NCBI GenBank assembly: GCA_035499655.1
Contig: DATJYL010000185.1
Location: 843-64,842, forward strand
Origin: Pirellulales bacterium
GTDB lineage: Bacteria; Planctomycetota; Planctomycetia; Pirellulales; JADZDJ01
Direction of reading: 5' to 3'
DNA length: 64,000 bases
The notes below the pieces were generated by a model. It was not told where the DNA came from. It saw nothing but the letters and a program-made list of their open reading frames with translations, and made no database searches. The position numbers were made by a program, and so were the translations under genes. This document shows positions 47,704 to 56,581 of the stretch, one piece after another. How positions within the stretch are numbered: the first letter of the stretch is position 1; each line of letters opens with the position of its first letter.

Positions 47704-49404
47704 TTACGCATCGCGGCCGAAAACCACTAGGCACATGTCGTCACTTTGAGCCCGATTGTTGGCGTGCCGCTTCACGTCGTCTAAGATCGTACGACCCAGC
47801 GTGGCAGCGTTTTCGGCGTCCTTTTCTTCTTGCGCTTTCAGCCGCTCCAGGGTGTACAGCTCGTTGTCGGGATTCAGAGCTTCGCTAATGCCGTCAGTAA
47901 ACAGTGTAATGACTTCGCCGGGGGCTAAGGTCAGCTCGGCGGCGTCATACGTGAAGCCATCGGTAACTCCCAAAGGAAGACCGGAAATCTCCGGAGCCAC
48001 TTCTTCAACTTTGCCAACGCCGTGTCGCACAAACGGCGGCATGTGCCCTGCGTTGACAAGGGTGACCATATTCGTTTTTGGGTCCAACAGTGCCAGCACA
48101 AACGTGGCAAAGCGGCCTTCCCAGCCGGCGCTACAAAAACTTTCGTTGATCCGGTTCACCGCCTCGGCGGCCGTGGGCTCGCTGGCGAGAGAGTATCGAA
48201 CCTCGGCGGACAGCTTGGCCATCACCAACGCGGCGGCCACGCCTTTGCCGGAAACGTCGGCCAGCACCACCGCCACGCGGCCGTCTCGCAGCGGCACATA
48301 ATCGTAAAAATCGCCGCCGACTTCGTTGGCCGCTTCATAGAAATCGAAAAACTGATAACCCTCCACCATCGGCGGCGCAGTGGGCAGCAGGCTTTTTTGC
48401 ACTTGTCGGGCGGCGTTCAAATCGGCCTGCACTTTTTGCTGTTGCAGTTGCCGTTCGTGCAGTCGAGCATTCTCAATCGCGAACGCCGCCTGCGAAGCCA
48501 CGCTGGCCAGCACGTCCAAATCGTCGTTGGTAAAACGGGCCCGTTGATCGAGCGTGTCGATTTGAATCACCCCCAGCACGTTCCCCTCGCCGGTGACCAG
48601 CGGCGCACACATCATGGAGCGGATGCGGAAATCGGCAATGCTTTGGCTCAGCTCAAAGCGCGCGTCGCTGGCGGCATCGGCCGAAAGAATGGCATGCCGC
48701 TGCTTGACCACCTCGTTAATAATGGTCCGGCTCATCCGGGCGCCTTCCTCTTCTTTTCCCTTGCGCTGCTTAAACGCTTTGGGAATCAACCGGCCTTCGG
48801 CCGTGCACAGGACCACAAAACCCCGATCGGCCTGCGCAAAAATGTTGAACAAACTGTCCAGCACCTTCGGCAAAATTTGTTCCAAGGCCGTCGCCTGGCT
48901 GAGATTCTGCGTGATCTCGATCAAAGCCCGCAATTTGGTTTCCGGGTTCACCGTCAGCCGCGCGGTATCGGCGCTGGAAGTCAGGTCGATCTTCCACATC
49001 ACCGTGCTGCTGCGGCTCACCTGGGCATTATCTTCCGTGACTTCAAACGGGCTGGCTTCCAGCGCCGCCCCGTCCCCCGCCGCACCGGCGCCGACCGCCG
49101 CCCGAGCGGGCGCATTGTCCGAGTGGAACGCCAGCGTATGATCGCAGATTTTCAACTCATCGCCGTCGTGCAGCGGCTGCGGCGCTTGCACCAATTGGCC
49201 GTTTACCAAGGTGCCGTTGCGACTGCGAAGATCTTCGATGACATACTCGCCGTCGATGTACGAGATTTGCGCATGTTGTCGGCTGACGGCTCCCTGATCG
49301 AGCACGATATCACACTCTGGATGCCGGCCCAAAATAGATTTTTGCTCAGGCAGGGTCAGCTGCTGACCGGTGCGATCGCCATTCAAATATTCCAAAATGG
49401 CCAT
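47704..49404 (-). CDS. FHA domain - GAF domain - PP2C/SpoIIE-type Ser/Thr phosphatase
   Basis: FHA: …ILGRHPECDIVLDQGAVSRQHAQISY…NGTLVNG. C-terminal GDFYDY…VVLADVSGKGVAAAL…TDGISEA PPM motifs. Confidence 0.75.
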   Translation of the reverse strand: MAILEYLNGDRTGQQLTLPEQKSILGRHPECDIVLDQGAVSRQHAQISYIDGEYVIEDLRSRNGTLVNGQLVQAPQPLHDGDELKICDHTLAFHSDNAPARAAVGAGAAGDGAALEASPFEVTEDNAQVSRSSTVMWKIDLTSSADTARLTVNPETKLRALIEITQNLSQATALEQILPKVLDSLFNIFAQADRGFVVLCTAEGRLIPKAFKQRKGKEEEGARMSRTIINEVVKQRHAILSADAASDARFELSQSIADFRIRSMMCAPLVTGEGNVLGVIQIDTLDQRARFTNDDLDVLASVASQAAFAIENARLHERQLQQQKVQADLNAARQVQKSLLPTAPPMVEGYQFFDFYEAANEVGGDFYDYVPLRDGRVAVVLADVSGKGVAAALVMAKLSAEVRYSLASEPTAAEAVNRINESFCSAGWEGRFATFVLALLDPKTNMVTLVNAGHMPPFVRHGVGKVEEVAPEISGLPLGVTDGFTYDAAELTLAPGEVITLFTDGISEALNPDNELYTLERLKAQEEKDAENAATLGRTILDDVKRHANNRAQSDDMCLVVFGRDA

Positions 49405-49621
49405 AAGAGCCCACAAGGTGGCAGGCACCGTAAGGACTAGGGCGCGGTGCAAACAGTTTGCCGCAGCCAAGATCACCCGCGAACCCATCTTGCCGCGCGA
49501 TCCTCGATTTTACGAAGGCTTCACCGGGAGCGTCAACCGGCGGCAGCGAAGGCAATGGTGGCAATTCTATTGACGCACCCCGACGGCCGCTTTACGCTTA
49601 ACTGCCCTGAATCGGAGATTC

Positions 49622-49693
49622 TGGGGAATAGTGTAACGGTAGCACGAATGGCTCTGGACCATTTAGTCTAGGTTCAAATCCTAGTTCCCCAGC
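49622..49693 (+). tRNA. tRNA-Gln (anticodon CTG)
   Basis: Manual fold: acceptor UGGGGAA/UUCCCCA (U1-A72, G73 as in E. coli tRNA-Gln), D-arm GUG…CAC, anticodon stem AAUGG/CCAUU with loop CUCUGGA, T-arm CUAGG-UUCAAAU-CCUAG. Confidence 0.8.
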
Positions 49694-50370
49694 TTTTTGC
49701 CACACAAAACCCATGCTTTGGCGACACAAATGCCACACAGGGAACTAGGTTGTCAACGCAATCACTATAGAGTTTGCATGGCATTAGGACACCAATTCAC
49801 TCGGTCCGATAAGTGGATTGCTTCCGAAGTGTCTCTTAACAACTGCAAAACGCTGGTAAAATCGACCTCGTTATCAATCGCTACTCTGTGTGAATCCGGC
49901 TAGAACACAATCTGGCTGATTGTTTTTGTACTCTCCGGATTTCAAATCACAGCTTCCATATAGGGACGGATTACGTTCGTCATGCGGCACACTTTGGCAG
50001 CCTTCCAAAGTTCGTCGCTGCTGGCCAGCTTTTTGCGCCAGCAGTCACGCAGCGCTTCCAGTGCCACATCCAGTCCCACTTGGTTGCGGAATTTGAAACA
50101 GTCGGCCACCGTCTTGGCGGGAGAGTAAATCTTCACGTCTACACCGTCAATCCGATGGGCTTGAATGCCGAAGCGCTGCGCCGCATCAGCATATCGCACA
50201 ATCCGCAGTGGCGGATACTCGATTTTCGGCGGGCGAGTTTTTTTGGGGATTGCCAGCCAGATCTGATGCGGGTTTTCCGTGGTCATCTCGTGAAAGGCCA
50301 GCGCCCAGCAGGCGGACCACTCCTTGCGGCGTTCGTTTGGCGACCTCGGCGAGCCGCGCGAAACGGCTCG
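49673..50370. repeat. Direct repeat copy A (~700 bp, ~90% identical to 54827-55525). Starts with the 3' 21 nt of tRNA-Gln and contains the C-terminal part of an AbiEi-like gene
   Basis: Visible alignment ttcaaatcctagttccccagctttttgcca…ggaactaggttg… through …cgaggtcgccaaacgaacgccgc…. Copies diverge at ~50370 / 55525. Confidence 0.75.
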
Positions 50371-50400
50371 GCTTAGCAATTCGCCTTCTTTATTGGCCGG
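49942..50400 (-). pseudogene. Frameshifted/truncated AbiEi-like gene copy (C-terminal ~145 aa match the intact paralog 55100..55726)
   Basis: ORF-track ORF 49942..50604: C-terminal half …HEMTTENPHQIWLAIPKKTRPPKIEYPPLRIVRYADAAQRFGIQAHRIDGVDVKIY… is ~90% identical to the 55100..55726 product. Upstream part is out of frame. Confidence 0.65.
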
Positions 50401-50776
50401 GAGGCGGTTGCCACAACTCGATCTTATTCTCCTCGGGATCGATGACCCAGGCAAACGTACCGTATTCAGATTCGTCAATCTTGTCGAGGACGTTGCAGCC
50501 CTCTTCTTTAAGAACCTTGACAAGACCGTGAAGGTCTTCGACACGATAGTTGACCATAAAGGATGCCTTGCTTGGAGCGAAGTGGTTGCTTTCCGTAGGA
50601 TCAATCAACCAGGCAGTGGTCCCAGCGGTGGGTTTGCCCTCCGCATCGGTCCAGTTGAAGGCTGCACCTCCCCATTCCTGCACGTCGATGCCGAGGTGAC
50701 GCTTGTACCAGGCCTGCAACGCAGGCGCGTCTTTAGCCTTGAAGAAGATGCCGCCGATGCCAGTGACTCGCTTCAT
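50390..50776 (-). CDS. VOC-family (glyoxalase/bleomycin-resistance fold) protein
   Basis: 128 aa. …VTGIGGIFFKAKDAPALQAWYKRHLG… typical of the VOC/glyoxalase I-like fold. Confidence 0.6.
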   Translation of the reverse strand: MKRVTGIGGIFFKAKDAPALQAWYKRHLGIDVQEWGGAAFNWTDAEGKPTAGTTAWLIDPTESNHFAPSKASFMVNYRVEDLHGLVKVLKEEGCNVLDKIDESEYGTFAWVIDPEENKIELWQPPPGQ

Positions 50777-51076
50777 CTCGACCTCCCATAACGCGTGGTT
50801 TGAAAGTGCTTTCTGCGGCCTGACTTGTAATCATCTAGCCAGATTACGGAGACATTAAGCGCCCATGGATTCCTATATCCTGAAGCATTACAAGCGCACG
50901 AAGTTGGCCCGCAGTGGGGGCAACCATTCCATTAAGATACGAATGGTCGTGCCTTTGCACCCTGTTCCGTTCCGAAAGGCCTATCGGGCATACACGAGAG
51001 GCCGTCAATGACAGATTATCCAGTGCGTTGGTTAAGCGATGCATAAATTTATATTTGGCTGGAAATAGAAAGAAAA

Positions 51077-52240
51077 TCATTTCGTGTTCAAACACGCCCA
51101 TAAAGTTTCACGAATCTCCCTCAGCCCGCGATATTGCGCCAATTCATACTCCGTTGCGGCGACAACTAAGGCGATTGCGCACATCGGCAACAGCGACTGG
51201 GCAACTCTGGCGCAGTTCCACGTTGTCGTTGCGACGAAGCTGATGCCACCGATGAAAGTGACAGCTATGATCAACAAAATGCACAAAATTACTCGGCTCA
51301 GTGATTTGGAACTCCAAATCGGTCCGTACAGAGCATCACGCGTTTTATAGTAAAGCAGACCAAGCACAAATTGAACCGTCGGCATAAATGTTAGGACTGC
51401 CGCCGTGGTCCGAACAATTTCCCACGATACTCCTCGCCAACCAGAGAAGTATGCTGTGGCCCCAATGCTGACGAAACACACGACGGCCAGGATGATGAAT
51501 GACTGTAGCGACTGACGAAACATAAATTGCGCGGCTGATTCCGGCGCGCGCCAGCCGAACCAGTTTTCGACGTAGCGCCTGCGGCGCTCGGACACGGGCA
51601 AAACTGCTGCCAATTCCTGGGCCAATTCTGACGGATCACCGAAGCGGCTGGCCGCTTCTTTCATCGCCGCCGCTGGATTGTGCAGTCGTTCGTACTCTTC
51701 GCTATAGATTGCCGTTAAATGCGCGAACAGTTCCTCACGTGCGTCCTGTTTCCAAGCAGTGCCTGCCGGCACGGGGCCAACGGCGCGTTCCACCAATTGC
51801 ATTCGTTCCCGAAAATTGCGAAATACTCCCTCGATGACCTGACCAATATGCTGACCCAGGTTTTGCAAAACTCGAGGGGCCACGCCTTCCCGCTCGCGAT
51901 ATAGCCCTAGAAGCAGATGCTCGGGGTCGATGGACGGAACGTTCATGAAAGCGGCCTCGTCGCAGGCGAATTCGATGGCGCGTTGTGCCCGGGTCGTCAT
52001 AGGGAGCGCGCCGGTAGCGATGCGTTTCGGACCGCGTTGGGCGAGCCGTTCGATCTCTTGCCGAACCTCAGCTGCAGCGATGCCCAATGTCTTGAAGGCG
52101 TCGATTACAATGGCAGAGCCTATTTGAATAAGCCCTAAGAGGATGTGTTCCGTGCCGACGTATTCGTGATGTAAATCACGCGCTTCGAGTTCAGCCCGGC
52201 CCAGAACCTTCTTTGCTGCTTCTGAAAAGTTGTTAGCCAT
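51077..52240 (-). CDS. Clp N-terminal (Clp_N repeat) domain fused to a C-terminal polytopic membrane domain
   Basis: Two Clp_N-like repeats (…YVGTEHILLGLIQ… / …IDPEHLLLGLYRE…), followed by ~200 aa with ≥4 predicted TM helices. Confidence 0.55.
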   Translation of the reverse strand: MANNFSEAAKKVLGRAELEARDLHHEYVGTEHILLGLIQIGSAIVIDAFKTLGIAAAEVRQEIERLAQRGPKRIATGALPMTTRAQRAIEFACDEAAFMNVPSIDPEHLLLGLYREREGVAPRVLQNLGQHIGQVIEGVFRNFRERMQLVERAVGPVPAGTAWKQDAREELFAHLTAIYSEEYERLHNPAAAMKEAASRFGDPSELAQELAAVLPVSERRRRYVENWFGWRAPESAAQFMFRQSLQSFIILAVVCFVSIGATAYFSGWRGVSWEIVRTTAAVLTFMPTVQFVLGLLYYKTRDALYGPIWSSKSLSRVILCILLIIAVTFIGGISFVATTTWNCARVAQSLLPMCAIALVVAATEYELAQYRGLREIRETLWACLNTK

Positions 52241-52312
52241 CTCGTTTTGCTCCTAGCAACTCGTCTCGCGAATTGGTCTGTAATAGGGTCTTTATTCAAT
52301 CAATTAAGATGA

Positions 52313-54022
52313 TCAGTTTTGCGCTGGCTTAGCCGTCAGCGCGATGAGTCCATCGGCAAGAGTCCCGCGCCACGTTTGATAATCGTGTCCGCCGCTGAAT
52401 TCGGAATACTGCACGGCGTATCCCTTGGCCTCTAGGACATCCCGAAAACGACGGTTTTCAGCGAGCAAGCTGAAAGGAAAACTGTCTTCGAACCGCCCCG
52501 CTTCAAGATAGAACCGAATCGGCTGCTGCGGCGCCATCGCATATTGGCGCGTCAGCCAACCCGGTTCCGCGCCAGGTGGAATCGATTCCCCAAGGGCACC
52601 GGGAAACCATTGATAGGACCCGGATTGTGATAACACGTTACCGAATACCTCCGGGTAACGAAGTGCACAGAATGCCCCCATCAGCCCTCCCTGGCTCAGA
52701 CCTCCTATGATCGTGTTTTTTGGATCGGCACTAACGTGATACGTGCTTTGCAACCAGGGGACCAATTCCTTAGCGATAAAGTCGGCAAACGGTTCCGAGC
52801 AAGCCAACTCTGTTGCGCGATTTTGTGAAGCGTGTGTCACGAATACCGCCACCAGCGGTGGAATTTTGCCCTTGTCGATCAGGTTATCGAGAATTGTCGG
52901 TCCCGGGATCTCATCGCTTGATTCATAAGACGGCCCATCAAACAAAATAAGCAGCCCAGGCTTCTTTGCGTCGCTGTCGGGTTTCGCAGGAGTGTAGACC
53001 GTCAACACGCGCTGCTGTTTTAGGATTTCGCTTTGAAACTTCCGTTCCGCCAATTGCCCCTCAGGCACTTCGGGAATTCGTTCGAGCCACGGTTGGTGGG
53101 GGGCTGCGGGCATTTCCAGTAGCGATTTCAAGCTCGACTGGATCGTCACCTCATGCGGATTCAAGGGATCGAGTTTGGGTACCAATCGCAGCATCAGTTT
53201 GAACTGACTTAGTTGGTCTTCTGGCAGATTCGTAGGCCAGTTAATTTGAAATGAATATGCGAACCGAGCATCATTCGGAATCCGTTCGGTTCGATACCAA
53301 ATGTCGGAACCGTCTAAATGGGCAAGAGGCTTGTCCTTCTCGCCTGTGGGTAGACCGCCGCTGAGGCCGACACGATGTGTTTTATCATTGCCGCGCCAAA
53401 CAAACGTCACCCAAGAATCATGCGGGTCGTCGGGAATAGGCTCAATCAGCGGCGCTTTCTCCTGCAGATTTTTCCAAAACTGCTCGACCACGACGTGATC
53501 GCCGTTCTTTAACTCCTTTGCCAAGGCCGCCAGGTGAGGACTCTTCAACGACTCGCTGGGTTCCCTGAAATCTTCCTCAGGCAGGATCGCCTTCGAAATT
53601 TTCTTGGCGGTTAGCTTGTCGGCGCCTTGCCCAAGGACCAGGCCGATAACTTGCCCTTTCTCATCCTGCTGGATGGTGAAGTGCGCCTCAACGATCTTCC
53701 AAAAAAATTTCGTTTCGCTTTCGGGAAAGACTTCCAACCGCGGCTGGCCTGTAATCTGAGCGAAAAGGTGCTGTCGTTCGCGGTCGAGCACAAGAATCGC
53801 ATTCGGGCCTAACTCATATTGCCCGACATAAGTGTCCAGCAGCTTTGGATCGATGGATATCACATGCTGCCGTTGGGGATCTGAAGCTACCTGATTTGAT
53901 GATTCTTTGGCAGTTTTTACGGGTTCTTCTGCACGGATCACCTCAATCGGCAGTTGAATCGGAAACAATAACAACATCACGATCCAACGGATCGACTCAC
54001 GAAACAAGCGGATCTTGATCAT
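52313..54022 (-). CDS. Secreted esterase, alpha/beta-hydrolase (enterochelin-esterase/putative-esterase family) with N-terminal extra domains
   Basis: …IGGLSQGGLMGAFCALRYPEVFGNVLSQSGSY… (GxSxG-like serine hydrolase). Start 54022 (M in MIKIRLF…) lies 3 nt from the padR stop. Confidence 0.65.
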   Translation of the reverse strand: MIKIRLFRESIRWIVMLLLFPIQLPIEVIRAEEPVKTAKESSNQVASDPQRQHVISIDPKLLDTYVGQYELGPNAILVLDRERQHLFAQITGQPRLEVFPESETKFFWKIVEAHFTIQQDEKGQVIGLVLGQGADKLTAKKISKAILPEEDFREPSESLKSPHLAALAKELKNGDHVVVEQFWKNLQEKAPLIEPIPDDPHDSWVTFVWRGNDKTHRVGLSGGLPTGEKDKPLAHLDGSDIWYRTERIPNDARFAYSFQINWPTNLPEDQLSQFKLMLRLVPKLDPLNPHEVTIQSSLKSLLEMPAAPHQPWLERIPEVPEGQLAERKFQSEILKQQRVLTVYTPAKPDSDAKKPGLLILFDGPSYESSDEIPGPTILDNLIDKGKIPPLVAVFVTHASQNRATELACSEPFADFIAKELVPWLQSTYHVSADPKNTIIGGLSQGGLMGAFCALRYPEVFGNVLSQSGSYQWFPGALGESIPPGAEPGWLTRQYAMAPQQPIRFYLEAGRFEDSFPFSLLAENRRFRDVLEAKGYAVQYSEFSGGHDYQTWRGTLADGLIALTAKPAQN

Positions 54023-54363
54023 GTCAATCCTCCCAATATCGTTCCCAAAACCTGCACAAATTGTCGCCACTCCGCTCGACCCGCGCTCAATTGCCGCTTG
54101 CCCTTAGTAGTCAGCCGATAGATTCTGCGCCGCGCGCCGCGACGTCCGTGTTGCTCTTTTTCCCAAACTGCCTGCACGTCGCCAGCGGATTCAAGCCGGT
54201 ATAAAGCCGGATAGAGCGAGCCCTCTTTGAGCTGCAGCAATCCACAGCCAGCGGCCTCTAATCGGTGCAGGATTTCCAGTCCGTGGGCGTCACCACGTTC
54301 GAGCGCCGACAGGATCATCGCTTCCAAATGACCGCGCAATTTGTCGCCATGGATCGTAGTCAC
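54019..54363 (-). CDS. PadR-family transcriptional regulator
   Basis: …LEAMILSALERGDAHGLEILHRLEAAGCGLLQLKEGSLYPALYRLESAG… PadR wHTH. Confidence 0.8.
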   Translation of the reverse strand: MTTIHGDKLRGHLEAMILSALERGDAHGLEILHRLEAAGCGLLQLKEGSLYPALYRLESAGDVQAVWEKEQHGRRGARRRIYRLTTKGKRQLSAGRAEWRQFVQVLGTILGGLT

Positions 54364-54826
54364 GCCGTAATACTAGACAGTCTATAATTAAGAGTCAAGA
54401 GGCCAGCCGCACCGTTCGGCCGAGACCGCTTTCCGTTGTCCAAAAGCGTTTGAAATTTAGTTGTTGATCCAGGTTAGATACGACTTGGCGATTAAAGTCG
54501 CTATTGCCCGAACGGTGCTAATTCATCGAATCAGACGACGATTTAGGCTTAATTATGGATGCGCAGGCGATACAAACAATTGATGGTTGCCACGCAACCC
54601 AAATGCGGCGGGTGAAGAACTCAAATTCAGTGTCTGATCAGTTCAGATTCGGTGCCGAAACAGTTGACGCAAAGTTGACGCAGAATGGGCTACACAAGCT
54701 CCCCATAGTCGCCCTGCAACCGCAATAGAAAATCGGTCCCGGACCTGATATAAACCATTCCGGGGACGCGAACTGCTACCCAAATGTCCTGCAAGTACAA
54801 CGCGCAGTCGTTCATTTTTTGGCCGC

Positions 54827-55525
54827 TTCAAATCCTAGTTCCCCAGCTTTTTGCCATGCAAAACCCACGCTTTGGCGATGCAAATGCCACACAGGGAACT
54901 AGGTTGTTAGCGCAATCACGATTGATTTTGCATAGCATTAGGACACCAATTCACTTGGTCCGATAAGTGGATTGCTTCCGAATTCGCCGTGTCTCATAAC
55001 AACTGCAAAGCGCTGGCAAAATCGAACTCGTTATCAATCGCTACTGTGTGAATCCGGCTTGGACACAATCTGGTAACTTGCTTTTCGGCTGACCGGATTT
55101 CAAATGACAGCTTCCATGTAGGGGCGGATGACATGCGTCATGCGGCAAACTTTAGCAGCCTTCCACAGCTCGTCGCCGGTGGCCAGCTTTTTACGCCAGC
55201 AATCGCGCAGCGCTTCCAGCGCCACATCCAGTCCCACTTGGTTGCGGAATTTGAAGCAGTCGGCCACCGTCTTGGCGGGAGAGTAAATCTTCACCTGCAC
55301 GCCGTCAAGCGGATGGACCTGGATGCCGAACCGCTGCGCTGCATCAGCATATCGCACAATGCGCAGGGGCGGATACTCAATTTTCGGCGGACGAGATTTT
55401 TTGGGAATCGCCAGCCAGATTTCATGCGGGTTTTCTGTGGTCAGGCCGTGAAAGGCCAGCGCTGACAGCAGGCAGACCACAGCCTGCGGCGTGCGTTTGG
55501 CAACTTCGGCGAGCTGCGCGAAGCG
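54827..55525. repeat. Direct repeat copy B (begins with tRNA-Gln 3' 21 nt fragment ttcaaatcctagttccccag at 54827-54847)
   Basis: See copy A. The tRNA 3'-end fragment here is not preceded by the rest of a tRNA. Confidence 0.75.
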
Positions 55526-55726
55526 GCCTGATTTGGCCTTCGCCAGGCGATACAGTCCGCGTCCGGGTCGTTCCAGGATGCCTTCCACATAGAGCTTGTT
55601 CAGGTACTCGGGGGCAATCCCCAGAGGTTCCAGGTCCCGGGGGCGCAGAAGCCCATTTTTACGGGCGAGCGTGAGAATTTGCTCCCGTTTTTGCCCGGCA
55701 TCGTTAGTTAGATTATGTCGTACCAT
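55100..55726 (-). CDS. AbiEi-like (type IV TA antitoxin / COG5340-type) wHTH regulator, intact copy
   Basis: 208 aa. …ILERPGRGLYRLAKA…VVCLLSALAFHGLTTENPHEIWLAIPKKSRPPKIEYPPLRIVRYAD… resembles the AbiEi antitoxin family. No AbiEii nucleotidyltransferase partner adjacent. Confidence 0.5.
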   Translation of the reverse strand: MVRHNLTNDAGQKREQILTLARKNGLLRPRDLEPLGIAPEYLNKLYVEGILERPGRGLYRLAKAKSGRFAQLAEVAKRTPQAVVCLLSALAFHGLTTENPHEIWLAIPKKSRPPKIEYPPLRIVRYADAAQRFGIQVHPLDGVQVKIYSPAKTVADCFKFRNQVGLDVALEALRDCWRKKLATGDELWKAAKVCRMTHVIRPYMEAVI

Positions 55727-56194
55727 ATTAATATCTACCTACATAATCTTACCACGCAATTTGGCAGGAGGGAACGAGAAACGATTAGGGGCCAAAACCC
55801 CTCAAAATCGGCCAACAAAGGCAGCTCGGACTGGAGGGAGCAGGGGAGGGACTCATTGCAGGCCTTCTCTGGCCTTCCTCGTCGGGGCCAAGGGCCTTCG
55901 GCCTCAGCGGGGCGAGCCCCGACGATGAATGCCGACGAAGGCAGGTGAAAACCAAACGGAAAAAGCCCATGAAAACGACCGCGTTACCACGACACACCGT
56001 GGGGACAGCAATGCCACCCGGCGCTTAATAGTTTTGAGAATAAATCGCTTGCCCAATCGGACCTGTCGTAAATCATGGCGAGAAACTCGCCTTGACGAAG
56101 AGGAACGTTGCATGGTATTTGGTTATCCGAATTTGCTAAACCAAATTAGCGTGTCAATTCAGCGATGAAATCAATGTTTTAGGAGAACCGCCTC

Positions 56195-56581
56195 ATGGCC
56201 CGACCCGCTGCAAAGGAACTCACTCATCGCGAATTGGAAGTCTTGCAGGCGTTTTGGCAAAACGGTGAGTTGACTGCATCCGAAGCTCGTGACCAACTGG
56301 CAAAGCGAGGCCTAGACCTAGCCTATGTGACGGTCGCCAACCTGGTGCGAATCGTGGAAGACAAGGGATTCTTAATCAAGACGAATCAGGAACGGCCGTT
56401 TACTTATCGTGCGGCAAGGTCGTTCGATGATGTTTCGGACAGTTTGGTACATGATCTTGTCCGCCGCGTGTTCAAAGGTTCGCGCGAGCAATTATTGCTG
56501 AATGTGTTGAAGCGACGGCGACTGACGGCCAAAGAGCGTGTTCTGTTGCGAGAAATACTCGACGAGGAGTCAGAAACATGA
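56195..56581 (+). CDS. BlaI/MecI/CopY-family transcriptional repressor
   Basis: …LTHRELEVLQAFWQNGELTASEARDQL…VTVANLVRIVEDKGFLI… Penicillinase-repressor wHTH. Confidence 0.8.
   Translation: MARPAAKELTHRELEVLQAFWQNGELTASEARDQLAKRGLDLAYVTVANLVRIVEDKGFLIKTNQERPFTYRAARSFDDVSDSLVHDLVRRVFKGSREQLLLNVLKRRRLTAKERVLLREILDEESET

Noticed and set aside
49942-50604. ORF-track 220-aa ORF treated as an intact gene
   Set aside because: Only the C-terminal ~145 aa align to the intact paralog at 55100..55726. The N-terminal part is out of frame (RAVSRGSPRSPNERRK…), so it was called a pseudogene.
54784-54966. 60-aa ORF spanning the tRNA-fragment repeat start
   Set aside because: Covers the att-like tRNA 3' fragment and non-coding repeat DNA. 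No coding signal.
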